Source: Candidatus Zhuqueibacterota bacterium (lineage in GTDB: Bacteria; Zhuqueibacterota; Zhuqueibacteria; Thermofontimicrobiales; Thermofontimicrobiaceae). From it: DNA of 64,000 nucleotides. Positions 29,349-39,759 of this stretch are shown one piece after another (the first letter of the stretch is position 1; every line of letters begins with the position of its first letter). Below the pieces are notes generated by a model, which saw nothing but the letters and a program-made list of their open reading frames with translations, was not told the origin of the DNA and ran no database searches. Made by a program: the position numbers and the translations under genes. Location of the stretch: assembly GCA_049322915.1 (NCBI GenBank), contig JBMOPW010000036.1:1-64000 (forward strand), written 5' to 3'.

Positions 29349-31187
29349 TCAATAGTCAACCGGCAGTCCTTCCATCTGCATGATTTTCAGGGCATTGGTT
29401 GTGGGACAGGGGCCTGGCCGCAGCAGGTAATCGAACACCATTTTGCCCTGGAGAACCTCCTCGCGAAAATGGTGATTGTGAATACTGGAAAACTGATCCG
29501 CCAGTTTCGCCAATTCCAGGTCGTGCGTGGCAATCAACCCCACGCCGCGTTGCCCGACCACTCTGGCCACGTAGGAGCGGCTGCCGATCAACCGCTCGCG
29601 ATTGTTGGTGCCTTTGAAAATTTCGTCGATGAGAAAAAACACCGGCGCTGAATCGCGTTCCTCCAGCGCCTGCAAAATCGATTTCAGACGCTTCACTTCG
29701 GCGTAGAAAAATGAAAAACCGTCGGTGATGGAGTCGTTGATTTTGATGCAGGTGAAAATCCGAAACAATCCGCTGCGGAATCGGCGCGCGTCCACCGGCC
29801 CGCCGGCATAAGCCAGGCACAGATTCACTCCGGCGGATTTGAGGAAGGTGCTTTTTCCTGCCATGTTGGACCCGGTGATGATGTCGATTTCGCCCAGATT
29901 GTTCAATGCGTAATCATTGCACACCTTGTGTCGCGGTGGAATGAGCGGGTGTCCCATTTTTTCCGCGTGAAATACCGGCGGCGCATCCGGGCCGGCGCTG
30001 TCCGTTAATTCCGGAAACACATCATCCGGATGAAGATACGCGAAGTCGGCCAGAGAAATGAGCGCTTCCAGTTCGAACCAGGCGTTGAGCCAGGTGGGCA
30101 GTAACTTTGCGACAGTCTCGCGGCTGCGCTGAATGAGGCAGGCGAAGAAGAAGTCCCAGGGGAAGACGAGATTCAGCAGCGCCGCCATCATCGGATTCAT
30201 GCGCAGGCCGATTGCGGCGGAAAGCCATTTGATTTTTCGGAGCTGTTTTGAGGGCGCGGCGCCCGGTTGCAAAAATGGCTGGCACATCTCAATGAGATGG
30301 CGATTCTTCCCAAAGGGGTACGTCTCCAGATAGCGCAAAATGCCCTTGAATTTTCCCAGTTCTTCATCCAGATGGAAGATGGAGTCGAAGAACTGATGCA
30401 ATGTCCGGGAATTGCTGAAATAGATGATGAGGTAAATGAATAGCGAGAACAGCCAGATCGCCGGCAGGCTCGTCCATTGATTGAGCAGAAACAGGATGAT
30501 GTTGATGAAAATGAGCGCCGAAGTCACCGGCAGCAGTTTTCTGATGACGCCGGAAGGCGCGGCGCCGGCCAGCCAGTCCGTGAGTTTCCTGCCTTCGAGA
30601 TTGTCCCTGGAAATGAGGCGGAATGTGAGCAGGAGCCGATTGCGGAAGCGGGTCAGCGGCGCTAATTCCGCGACGATGTTCTGCCGCTTCCGTATCGACG
30701 CCAGGTCCGGCGTCCGGGGGCGCAGCCAGTCGGCCAACAGATAGCTGCCTTCGTCCGAGACCGCTGTGTTGATGAGCCGATGCAGGGACCGTTCCCCGGT
30801 GATGTCGAGATCGTTTTCAAAGGGAATTTCAACCTGCTGCGCCCGAAGAGGCGCCGGGGGAATGGCGCGCCAGTCCAGATTCATGCGGGCGATCTGGGTG
30901 GTTTTCAGTTCAGACCAGATCTGATGGCGTTTGACGGATCGATCCAGTCGTCGATGAAAATGGGCGATGATATTGAAAACAACCAGCGTGATGCCGGCCA
31001 CCGACCAAGCCACGGTGTCGTTGAACCAGACCAGGGTGAGAATGGTGATAAAACTGCCGCTCAAAAAAATGCCGAGCCGGTACCACGAAAAACGGCGACG
31101 CTGCGCTTCCATTTTCGTGAGGCGATTGGCCAGCCGTTGCACCTGCCGGGTGATTGCGTTCAAACGAGCGGATTGTTTTTCTCTCAT
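29349..31187 (-). CDS. Membrane-anchored MutS-related ATPase (MutS domain V only)
   Basis: Walker A TGSNMAGKST, SFFYAEVKRL, LIDEIFKGTN and ATHDLEL motifs; N-terminal TM helices; no mismatch-binding domain. Confidence 0.88.
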   Translation of the reverse strand: MREKQSARLNAITRQVQRLANRLTKMEAQRRRFSWYRLGIFLSGSFITILTLVWFNDTVAWSVAGITLVVFNIIAHFHRRLDRSVKRHQIWSELKTTQIARMNLDWRAIPPAPLRAQQVEIPFENDLDITGERSLHRLINTAVSDEGSYLLADWLRPRTPDLASIRKRQNIVAELAPLTRFRNRLLLTFRLISRDNLEGRKLTDWLAGAAPSGVIRKLLPVTSALIFINIILFLLNQWTSLPAIWLFSLFIYLIIYFSNSRTLHQFFDSIFHLDEELGKFKGILRYLETYPFGKNRHLIEMCQPFLQPGAAPSKQLRKIKWLSAAIGLRMNPMMAALLNLVFPWDFFFACLIQRSRETVAKLLPTWLNAWFELEALISLADFAYLHPDDVFPELTDSAGPDAPPVFHAEKMGHPLIPPRHKVCNDYALNNLGEIDIITGSNMAGKSTFLKSAGVNLCLAYAGGPVDARRFRSGLFRIFTCIKINDSITDGFSFFYAEVKRLKSILQALEERDSAPVFFLIDEIFKGTNNRERLIGSRSYVARVVGQRGVGLIATHDLELAKLADQFSSIHNHHFREEVLQGKMVFDYLLRPGPCPTTNALKIMQMEGLPVDY

Positions 31188-31244
31188 GGATGAAGTCCTG
31201 CGTTATTCTCGGTTCAAAGTTGGGTTCGCCGCGCGGCGCAAAAA

Positions 31245-31667
31245 TCACAGCGTCAGCAACACGATGCCGCCGATAGTCATGGCCATGCCCAGAATGGTTT
31301 TCAGCGTCAGTGGTTCGCTGCCGAAAATGAAGCCCATCAGCGCGCCGAACAGGGGCGATGTGAACGCGATGGGCATGACGCGGCTCAGGGGAGCGCCCTT
31401 GATGGCGATATAAAAACACAGCATGCCGCCGGCGCCGGCAACAACGCCGCCACCGATGATCATGTAAAGCAACGCCCGCGGCCCGGCCTGTCCGATGGTT
31501 TTCCAGTGGGGATAGCTCACCGCGCCGAGGATGAGCAGCGCCACCAGCGTGCGAATGGTGATGCCGATTTGCGGTGAGAGATGGCCCAGATGAAGTCCCC
31601 GTTTTTCAAAGTAGCCGCCGACTCCCCAGAAGATGGCCGTCAGCAGAGCGAAAATTTGTGGCGACAC
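31245..31667 (-). CDS. EamA/DMT family small transporter
   Basis: GTG start after AAGGA; ALLTAIFWG, SRVMPI and GSEPLT..ILG motifs; about 5 TM helices. Confidence 0.85.
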   Translation of the reverse strand: MSPQIFALLTAIFWGVGGYFEKRGLHLGHLSPQIGITIRTLVALLILGAVSYPHWKTIGQAGPRALLYMIIGGGVVAGAGGMLCFYIAIKGAPLSRVMPIAFTSPLFGALMGFIFGSEPLTLKTILGMAMTIGGIVLLTL

Positions 31668-31732
31668 GATAATTCCTTCCTTTGACTGTTCGGAATGAAT
31701 GGCGCGATGATTCATCGCGTCAGGCATTTGTG

Positions 31733-32569
31733 CTACCGGGCGGTATGATTCGCTCGGAACGATTCGCTGAAAAACAGCAGATGATATTCCAGCACACGAA
31801 CCCAGTAATCCCAGGAATGGCCGCCGGGCCGTTCAACATAGTCATGCGGAATTTTCTGCTGCACCAATTTCTGATGCAGGTTGCGGTTGATGTCGATGAA
31901 AAAATCGTCCACGCCGCAATCGATGAGAATGGCGAGTTGCTGACCTTTCACCTGTCCGACCAGGTTCACGACCGAATTGCGATGCCAGCGATCCGGGTGC
32001 TTCTCGTAGTCGCCCAATTTCTGGGCCAGTTCCCATTTCACCGTGGAATAGGTCAAATCGACGCCGCCGCTCATGCTGCCGGCAGCGATGTAATTTTCCG
32101 GATGGCGAAACGCCAGGTACAGGCTGCCGTGTCCGCCCATGCTCAGCCCGGTAATGGCGCGTCCCTGTTTGGTCGCAACAGTGGGGTAACGCGCATCGAT
32201 CCAGTCCATCAATTCCTTTCCGACAAACGTTTCGTATTGGCTGGTCGGGTCGGCTTCGCTGTCCAGATACCAGCTATTGGTCGAGCCATCCGGGCAAACG
32301 ATGATGACCTGATATTTTTCCGCAGCCGCGCCCAGATCGGCATTCTGGCTCCAGTCCTGGTAATGGCCGCTGTGGCCGTGCAGGAGATAGACGACGGGAA
32401 ATTTGTGGTCGCTATTCCGGACGGCATCCGGCAGCACGACAATGGCCGGGATATGCTTGTTCATTTTTTGACTGGGCACGGACACTTTTTCAGTGATCGC
32501 TGCCTGACTGCCAGCATGCACCAGCAACAGAAACAGGACAATGCAGTAATGGAGTCGAATTTTTTTCAT
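31733..32569 (-). CDS. Secreted alpha/beta-hydrolase esterase (CE1-like)
   Basis: PVVYLLHG, GLSMGG nucleophile elbow, DCGVDD and GGHSWDYW; signal peptide MKKIRL. Confidence 0.88.
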   Translation of the reverse strand: MKKIRLHYCIVLFLLLVHAGSQAAITEKVSVPSQKMNKHIPAIVVLPDAVRNSDHKFPVVYLLHGHSGHYQDWSQNADLGAAAEKYQVIIVCPDGSTNSWYLDSEADPTSQYETFVGKELMDWIDARYPTVATKQGRAITGLSMGGHGSLYLAFRHPENYIAAGSMSGGVDLTYSTVKWELAQKLGDYEKHPDRWHRNSVVNLVGQVKGQQLAILIDCGVDDFFIDINRNLHQKLVQQKIPHDYVERPGGHSWDYWVRVLEYHLLFFSESFRANHTAR

Positions 32570-32687
32570 GATGAAATTCCCCTCGCTGAATATGTTGGTT
32601 TGAATGAAACGCCGGACAAAGGGTTCTTCGAAATCTGGGTGCTTACGATTCCGCACGCTTTTCCGCATGGGTCAATGGGCGCGAAAT

Positions 32688-35600
32688 CTATTTCAATTCC
32701 CTGATCCTGATATTTCGAAATTCCAGATAGGCGCCATGACCGAGAAAGCCGATATGCCCGCTGGAGCGATTGAGCCCGGGATGATCCCGGTTATCCGGCG
32801 TGCCGTTTTTGCTGGCTTCATCGATATTGGCGTCCACTATAATGGCGCCGTTGAGTTTCACGGTGATGTTGCGCCCATCCGCAATCACTTCCTGGGAATT
32901 CCATTCCCCGACCGGATTCAGAAATTCGCGTCTGGCCGGAACCACGCCGTAAATAGATCCGTGGTACTGGTACGGCTGCAAATCTTTGTAAACCGGCGCT
33001 GTGTTGTCGAGTATCTGCAATTCCATCCCGACGTAGGCCGCATCGCCTTGCAGCGGCGCGCGGATTCCCAAACCATTATTCGCGCCCGGCGTGAGCTTGA
33101 ATTCGAAACGGAAGATGAAATTATCGTATTCGCCGGCCGTGAACAGGTTGCCGCCTTTGTCCGGGTAAATGATGATTTTCCCATCGCGAACTGAGTAGCC
33201 CGAAGTATCGCCGACCCAGCCGGTTAGATCGCTGCCGTTGAACAGTTGCACAAATCCTTCGGCTTTTTCCTGAGCGGATAACTCTGTTACGCCGCCTTCG
33301 GGCAGAATCTCGCGGATGTAAATTTCCCGGAAGAAGAGCTGGCTGTTGTGCGCCTGCAATTCAATCTGACCCACCGGGTAGATTGGCGTGTCGCGTTCCC
33401 AGTAATTTTCCATGACGACATTGTCGACGACGAGCACCCCGTTCAGATGAACCGTCACCCGTTCGCCGATCATTTTGATACGGAATGTGTTCCATTCGCC
33501 AATGGGATTATCCGCGCAGCGCAGCGGTTTGCCGGGATGCACCTGGTTGTTGTAAAGTCCGCCGGAGCCTTCGGGCCATTGGGCCGGATCCCAAATTTGC
33601 ACCTGCGGCGAGCCGCGAAGGTAAATGCCGCTATCGCCGAACTTGCCTATTTTCCAATCCACGAACATCTCAAAATCAGCGTAATCTTTGGCCGTGCACA
33701 GGCTGTGACCATGACCGTCAAATTCCAGAATGCCGGCGACCACTTTCCAGTGTTCGCGCATGACGGAATCGGCTTCGACCTGTTTTTTGGCTAATTCCTC
33801 CGGACTCATTTCAGCGCGGGCTTTGGGGTCTCCCACCAGCCCTTTCCAGCCGGTCAGGTCCTTGCCGTTGAACAGCGGGACGAAACCGGATTGACCTAAA
33901 ATTTCCCGCGTATATTTTTCGATGCGCTCCTGCTCGTAATTGCTTTGAATGAGATGGGCCGCCTGTTTGAGGGTTGTAACAATGGCCGGGCTGCGCAGGC
34001 CGGCGCTGAACGGGCCTGGCAGTGCAATCCGTTCGGCGGCGAACGCAGCCTGGTCACAGAGCGCACTGTCGCCGAAGAATCCGGCAACGAGTTCCAGCGC
34101 TTCCGCGGTTGGAATTTCCGCCAGGCCGCGGAGCACAATGGCTTTGTCGTCCGTCGAATTGACGGAGGAAAGCGCGTCCCGCAGCATCGCCAATTTGATA
34201 TCGGACGTCAGCTCCGAGGTTTTGACAAGCCGAACATAACCGCTCACGGCCCGGGTGCGGTGCGCCGGCGTCTTCGCCGTGCGGATGAGATAGAGCAATT
34301 CCGGCGTTGCCGGGAATTCCGGCCAATCGGCCAGCGCGTCAATCGCAGCCGTCCGATGGTTCGCATGTTTGCTCCGCGTTTCCTGAATCACAAGATTGAG
34401 CGCAGCCTCGCCGCCGAGTCGCGCCAGCGGGAGGATCAATCGCGGACGCAGTTCAGTCGGCGCCTGTTGCAACCGATCCCGAAGCAGCGCGGATCGCTCT
34501 TCTTTTCCCTCAATCTGCAACGCGGCAGTGACCACGGCGTCGTGCGCCATTTGAATGTCAGCGCTGTCGCTCACGGCTAAAAGCAGGTCGGTCAGCCGCG
34601 GCAGGTCGCGCTCCGTGGCCAGGCGCTGCATGGCGGTGATGGCAGCGAGCCGGATCGTATCGTTGGGGCATGCGGTCTGGGCAAAGACGAGATCTGCGCG
34701 GTCCATGGCGCGTCGTTCAGCCAGAATTTCGAGCAGCGCCACCCGCGCGAGCGTTGGCATATCCAGCAAGGCGTTGGCCGAGGCAGTAACGGCCGGCGCC
34801 GCATCGAGCCGGAGCAGCGCCGATTTCACAGCAGCCACTTCATTCGGAGCGTTGTTTTTCAATACAGGAATCAGGTCCTGAATGATCTGGCTCCGGCCCA
34901 ATTTCGAGGCTGCCGGAATGGCCGCGACCCGGATGATCGCGTCGTCATCCCGGAGCGCATCGCGGACAGCGGGGAGCGCCGACGCATCGCCGCGATCTCC
35001 CAGCATGGCAATCATCTCCGCCTTTCGCTCGCCGTCGACGGCCGCCAGTTTTTCAAGCCAGCGCGCCGTGGCGTCCGGGCCGGTGATCGCTCCGGCCAGT
35101 TCCAGGGCATGGCAGCGGACGTCTTTGCAATCGCTATCCATGGCGGCCAATAAGTCAGGGAAAGCGTTTTTGCCTGTAACGGCGACCAGCGCCGAGAGAG
35201 CCGCGCACTGAATCCCGCTTTCGTGCGGCGCGGTATAGTTTTTCATCACGCTGTGACACATGGCTGCGCCCAATTCATTGCGCCCGTTTTCGCCCAGCCG
35301 CCGGGCATACAGCAAATAGCGGGCTGCCGCGGTCGTTCGCTCGAAGGACGTCGAGGCCAGCGCCACAGTCCCGAGGAGTTCAGCCGAGGACGGATGCCCG
35401 ATGTTGGCCAACGCGTCGCAGGCCACCTGTCGCAGGCGCGAGTCCTCGCTGGAGGCGAATGGAGCGATTTTCGCGGCGGCCTTCCGGCTCCGAAGCTGCC
35501 CCAATCCATTGATGAGGGTGATAAGCGTCGGCGCATGGCCGGGATCGAGCGATTTCAGCAGCGCGGTTTCCGCAGCCGGGGTGCCGATGGCCACCAGCGC

Positions 35601-36059
35601 CCGGGCGGCCGGTTCGCACAACGGGTCGTGCTGGAGAAAGTTGCTGAGCGGTTTCACCGCCTCGTTCCTGCCGACAAGCTGCACCTGGCTGATGAGAAAC
35701 GCAGCGACCTCAACCGGCGGATTGGACTCCAGCGCTTTGATGAGCGTTTTTGAATACATCACGCGTTCAGTTTCAGCCCCGGCCCGATGAACATACATGG
35801 AGAGACCATCCAGCGCGAACTGAACGCGGGAATTGTCCCCGCGCTCCGATGGGGTGAGCATGGCGCAAATGCGGGCAATTCCCCGGGGGCCCAATTGCAT
35901 GATACCGGCGGCGAGCTGATCGCGCTCGCTGATGGAATCCGCCGGGAATTGGGCGACCAGTTCCAGGGCTTTTGTTTCCAGCGTCTTCACAGCATCGCCG
36001 GACAATGCAACATTCGCGAATAAAAAGACCATCAGTAAAATTCGATTGATATGGTTCAT
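32688..36059 (-). CDS. Secreted HEAT-repeat protein with two C-terminal DUF1080 (3-keto-disaccharide hydrolase/lyase-like) domains
   Basis: About 700 aa of Ala/Leu-rich helical repeats, then LFNGKDLTGW..DSGIYLRG..GEWN..IELQAH..FREIYIRE and LFNGSDLTGW..NNGLGIR..HIGFLGH..FRNIRIREL. Confidence 0.9.
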   Translation of the reverse strand: MNHINRILLMVFLFANVALSGDAVKTLETKALELVAQFPADSISERDQLAAGIMQLGPRGIARICAMLTPSERGDNSRVQFALDGLSMYVHRAGAETERVMYSKTLIKALESNPPVEVAAFLISQVQLVGRNEAVKPLSNFLQHDPLCEPAARALVAIGTPAAETALLKSLDPGHAPTLITLINGLGQLRSRKAAAKIAPFASSEDSRLRQVACDALANIGHPSSAELLGTVALASTSFERTTAAARYLLYARRLGENGRNELGAAMCHSVMKNYTAPHESGIQCAALSALVAVTGKNAFPDLLAAMDSDCKDVRCHALELAGAITGPDATARWLEKLAAVDGERKAEMIAMLGDRGDASALPAVRDALRDDDAIIRVAAIPAASKLGRSQIIQDLIPVLKNNAPNEVAAVKSALLRLDAAPAVTASANALLDMPTLARVALLEILAERRAMDRADLVFAQTACPNDTIRLAAITAMQRLATERDLPRLTDLLLAVSDSADIQMAHDAVVTAALQIEGKEERSALLRDRLQQAPTELRPRLILPLARLGGEAALNLVIQETRSKHANHRTAAIDALADWPEFPATPELLYLIRTAKTPAHRTRAVSGYVRLVKTSELTSDIKLAMLRDALSSVNSTDDKAIVLRGLAEIPTAEALELVAGFFGDSALCDQAAFAAERIALPGPFSAGLRSPAIVTTLKQAAHLIQSNYEQERIEKYTREILGQSGFVPLFNGKDLTGWKGLVGDPKARAEMSPEELAKKQVEADSVMREHWKVVAGILEFDGHGHSLCTAKDYADFEMFVDWKIGKFGDSGIYLRGSPQVQIWDPAQWPEGSGGLYNNQVHPGKPLRCADNPIGEWNTFRIKMIGERVTVHLNGVLVVDNVVMENYWERDTPIYPVGQIELQAHNSQLFFREIYIREILPEGGVTELSAQEKAEGFVQLFNGSDLTGWVGDTSGYSVRDGKIIIYPDKGGNLFTAGEYDNFIFRFEFKLTPGANNGLGIRAPLQGDAAYVGMELQILDNTAPVYKDLQPYQYHGSIYGVVPARREFLNPVGEWNSQEVIADGRNITVKLNGAIIVDANIDEASKNGTPDNRDHPGLNRSSGHIGFLGHGAYLEFRNIRIRELK

Positions 36060-36203
36060 AATTTCCTCACAGGAAAAAGTGATGCGCCGGGTCGTGTGTC
36101 ACGAAATCCCGGCATGACGGCTGAACCGTCGCGCGGATTTTTTTCAATTCGGACGAAAAAAGTATGACCTCAACGGACAGTTCAAAATTCAGGGATGATC
36201 CCA

Positions 36204-37487
36204 TTACAAATGCCAGGGCGCGCGCATGGGCTGATTCACGAAACGGTTGGCTTCATCGTCGTTGATGAATCGCTGCGCGATCGGGTCGAATTGCAACGGC
36301 CGTCCCACCTGCACCGCGGTTTTGCTGATATTGACAATGGTGCAGGAGCGGTGTCCGTTGGCTTCGTTCAGGGCGAATTTTTTTCGGGTGCGAACCGCGT
36401 CGATGAAATCAGTGATCTGCGGCTCCGGATCAGGGAACGAGGCCAGCGTTTTTTCCAGATTTGGTATATCCGATTTGAAGCCGGGGTAGAGCCTGCCGTT
36501 TGGCCCGGCGAGGAACGGCGCGTTTTTATCCTTATTCTCGCCGTCGAGAATGATCTTGCAGCCGTCGACGTATTTCAATTCGATGCGGCGCCAGGAGCCG
36601 CAGGCGTCCGGATGTTGCTGGGGGTAATCCACTTCGACTGCCACCGGGCTGGTGTCATCCTTGCCTATAATGTACTGCACCGGATCCAGATAATGCATGC
36701 CCATATCGCCGAGGCCGCCGCCGTCGTAATCCCAGTAGCCGCGGAATGTGGCGTGGACGCGATGGGGGTGATACGGCTTGTACGGCGCCGGCCCGAGCCA
36801 GAAATCGTAATCCAGAGTATCCGGCGTCGGCTGCGGCAGCAGATGGGTTTCGCCGCTCCAGTAGAATTTCCAGTCAAAGCCGGTGACGCCGCTGACCGTG
36901 GCGGTCAATGGCCAACCCAGGAGTCCGCTGAGGACCAGCTTTTTGATGGGTTTCACCGGGGCGCCAAAGCCATAAAAAATATCGCTGAACCGGAACCATG
37001 TGTTGAGCCGGAAAATTCGGCCATTTCGCTGAACCGCTTCCACCAGTTTTTGCCCCTCGCCAATCGTGCGCGTCATGGGCTTTTCGCACCAGATGTCCTT
37101 GCCGGCCTCGGCAGCGGCAATGGCAATGAGCGCGTGCCAGTGCGGCGGCGTGGCAATGTGCACAATATCAATGTCCTGCCGGGCAAGCACATCGCGGAAA
37201 TCCTTGTAGCCCTTGACATCCGGCCCGGCGATGTCCATGGCCTTTTTCAAATGTACCGCATCGACGTCGCACACCGCCAATAATTTCGTGCCGCCATAAT
37301 CGAAATGGCCTAAGCCCATGCCGCCGACGCCGATGATGGCTTTGGTCAGAATATCACTTGGCGCGACGTATCCAATGCCGCCTAACACGCTGCGCGGCAC
37401 AATGGTGAAGGCAGCCGCCGCCAGCGTCGAGCGCTTGATAAATTCGCGGCGGTTCAATCCATTTAAATCGTTCATCGCATGCTCCAT
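36204..37487 (-). CDS. Tat-exported Gfo/Idh/MocA oxidoreductase
   Basis: NRREFIK twin-arginine signal; IIGVGGMG, IATPPHWH, CEKP and GGGLGDMGMHYLD motifs. Confidence 0.92.
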   Translation of the reverse strand: MEHAMNDLNGLNRREFIKRSTLAAAAFTIVPRSVLGGIGYVAPSDILTKAIIGVGGMGLGHFDYGGTKLLAVCDVDAVHLKKAMDIAGPDVKGYKDFRDVLARQDIDIVHIATPPHWHALIAIAAAEAGKDIWCEKPMTRTIGEGQKLVEAVQRNGRIFRLNTWFRFSDIFYGFGAPVKPIKKLVLSGLLGWPLTATVSGVTGFDWKFYWSGETHLLPQPTPDTLDYDFWLGPAPYKPYHPHRVHATFRGYWDYDGGGLGDMGMHYLDPVQYIIGKDDTSPVAVEVDYPQQHPDACGSWRRIELKYVDGCKIILDGENKDKNAPFLAGPNGRLYPGFKSDIPNLEKTLASFPDPEPQITDFIDAVRTRKKFALNEANGHRSCTIVNISKTAVQVGRPLQFDPIAQRFINDDEANRFVNQPMRAPWHL

Positions 37488-37617
37488 TGGTTATTTCAAA
37501 ATTTCGGGGGCTTCCATTGAATGCGCCCGATCCTGAAAATCGGTTGCGCCCGCGGCAACCATCTCATCGAGCGATCTGTTGCTCGATTCAGTCGGAACAA
37601 TTTTTTTTCCAACACAC

Positions 37618-38298
37618 TCAAAGCGGTCGAACGCGAATATTCCGATACCAGACTTCTTCGCCGTGGTGTTGCAGCGCGATGTGCCCGATTTTCACTTTTC
37701 CGAACGAAGGCAAATCCTTGAATTTACTATCGGCGATCAGGGCGCTTAGCGTGTCGCTGCCCAGGGTATATTCCACGATTTTAACGCCGTTCAACCAGTG
37801 CTCGGCATGATTGTCTTTCACCACCAGCCGCGCTTTATTGAATTCCCCCACCGGCTGAAGCGCCTTATTTTGCGGCGCAATGAGCGCATAAAGGGAGCCG
37901 GCCGACGTCTTCGGATTCTGTCCGTCGTGATGCAGATTGTCGTCCAATACCTGCATCTCCACGCCGGACTGCCAGACGCTATTGTCCTGTTCAGACACGC
38001 CGAAGAAGATGCCGCTGTTCCCGCCGGGCGATACCTTCCATTCCAGTTCCAGTTCGAAATTGCTGAACTGGTCTTTGGTGATGATATCCACGGCATCGCC
38101 GCCAACGATGGTTTTCAGCGCGCCATCTTCAATTTTCCAGCCTTCGGTCGGAAAAGTATCCCGATGAAACGCCCGCCAGGCGTCGGTCGAATTTCCGTCG
38201 AAAAGAATGGTCCAATTATCGTGCGCTGTCTTCTGCCCGCAGCTTGACAGAACGATAATTAAAAGGAAAAATAGGATTGATGTTTTCAGGTATGTCAT
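37618..38298 (-). CDS. DUF1080 lipoprotein (3-keto-glycoside lyase/hydrolase-like)
   Basis: Lipobox LSSC; LFDG..W, GNSGIFF, EMQVLD and HIALQHHG..YRNIRVR motifs. Confidence 0.9.
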   Translation of the reverse strand: MTYLKTSILFFLLIIVLSSCGQKTAHDNWTILFDGNSTDAWRAFHRDTFPTEGWKIEDGALKTIVGGDAVDIITKDQFSNFELELEWKVSPGGNSGIFFGVSEQDNSVWQSGVEMQVLDDNLHHDGQNPKTSAGSLYALIAPQNKALQPVGEFNKARLVVKDNHAEHWLNGVKIVEYTLGSDTLSALIADSKFKDLPSFGKVKIGHIALQHHGEEVWYRNIRVRPL

Positions 38299-38318
38299 GT
38301 TTTCTCCGGTTTTTTTTG

Positions 38319-38367
38319 AAAATTGAATGGTCAGTTTTGAACGGCAAACGGTGAATTGCCAATGATT
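38319..38367. repeat. Degenerate heptamer array (7 units)
   Basis: AAAATTG AATGGTC AGTTTTG AACGGCA AACGGTG AATTGCC AATGATT. Confidence 0.4.
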
Positions 38368-38374
38368 GTACCAA

Positions 38375-39217
38375 CTACCTCTCACCAACAATACTTCGGA
38401 TGTATTCCAATCCCTTTTGAATGGAAGGCTCCGGATGATAGATTTCGTCCTGATTTTCATGCTCGATGGATAAATATCCGTCATAATTCTGCCGCGTCAG
38501 TTCGAGCAGCACGTCGTGAATGTTGGCTTTGCCGGAACCAAATGGGACGTCCCGGGCGTCTTTCACGCCGAACGCATCGAGGTCCTTCAAATGGACATTG
38601 GTGATGCGACCAGTCAGCAATCGCAGCGCCGCGATCGGCTCGACGCCGGTGCGGAGCCAGTGGCCGGTGTCGGCGCAGGCGCCAATCCGCGCGTCCAATC
38701 CGTTCACATGCCGTAGCACCGTGTCCGGGTAGGCGTATTTCGACGGAACCGGATGATTGTGAATGGCGATTCGGATATCATATTCCCTGACCATTTTTTC
38801 GATGAGGGAAAAGTCGTCAAATGCCGGCTCCGTGCAGATGGTTTTGATGCCCATGGTTTTGGCAAAATCAAACACCGCGCGCATACCCGCTTCGGTGTTA
38901 TCGAATTCCACAACGCCATAGCTCACCAGTTGCAGTCCGTGTTCGTTCAGCTTCTGCTTGACCCGTTCGATCTGTTCGTGGTTGAGTGCGTGGTCGAATT
39001 TGATGTCGCATTGAGCGCTGTCCAGGATTTGCCCGGGATAGGCCTCGAGGTATCGAATGCCCAGGGATTGCGCTTTTTCCAGCGTTTGCAGAAATGAATA
39101 TTTGTTGAAGGTCCAGCATTGCATGGCAATGGGGAAGTCTTTGATTTTAACTTCCTTTGTACAGAGCGTTGTAAACGTTACAATCATTATTAATAATAGA
39201 AAGGAAAATTTTTTCAT
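38375..39217 (-). CDS. Exported sugar phosphate isomerase/epimerase-like TIM barrel (xylose isomerase-like/AP endonuclease 2 fold)
   Basis: IAIHNH, GACADTGHW, HLKD and SIEHE metal ligands; N-terminal signal. Confidence 0.88.
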   Translation of the reverse strand: MKKFSFLLLIMIVTFTTLCTKEVKIKDFPIAMQCWTFNKYSFLQTLEKAQSLGIRYLEAYPGQILDSAQCDIKFDHALNHEQIERVKQKLNEHGLQLVSYGVVEFDNTEAGMRAVFDFAKTMGIKTICTEPAFDDFSLIEKMVREYDIRIAIHNHPVPSKYAYPDTVLRHVNGLDARIGACADTGHWLRTGVEPIAALRLLTGRITNVHLKDLDAFGVKDARDVPFGSGKANIHDVLLELTRQNYDGYLSIEHENQDEIYHPEPSIQKGLEYIRSIVGER

Positions 39218-39510
39218 ATTGATTCCTGGTTTTTATTATGGCATGATGCGCCTGATGTGATGACAATATTTGGAAATGAAGCACAAAACTTTTGTGAAAT
39301 GTTACTTTGAAATTTTGGTTTACATACTCTTTCCAAACACAAAGGTCCCAACCTGAATTATTCATGAACTTGCTCAGAATTTGAGTCAACATTTAGATTT
39401 TCAATTAGCTAAAGGCTAAGCTATTTTGAAACTCAGTTTTATACGTTTATTCTAAAAAGAGCACCATTCAGGTTAGCCAGCCTCCTTTAAAAATACTATG
39501 AATAACGCAG

Positions 39511-39642
39511 GCCAACGAAGTCACAAAGTTCACCACGGTTTGTTTAAATAAAATGAAAATAGGTTAGTCAATTCTGAAATTTGATGTCTTCTTCATTTTT
39601 ATTTTAGTGTCCTTTGTGTGACCTTTGAGCGCTTTGTGGTAA
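39511..39642. repeat. Short CACAAAG/CTTTGTG inverted-repeat element in an AT-rich intergenic region
   Basis: CACAAAG at 39522 faces CTTTGTG at 39612 and 39632, with degenerate ~9-10-nt units. Confidence 0.4.
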
Positions 39643-39759
39643 ATTTTAATTTTGCATATCGAATGGAATAAAGAAATCGGGTAGATCAGAGACCTCGGCC
39701 ACTGACTTCTGTCACAGCGGCAGAGGCCGCTTTGCTACCCAATAGTTATCCGACGTCAA

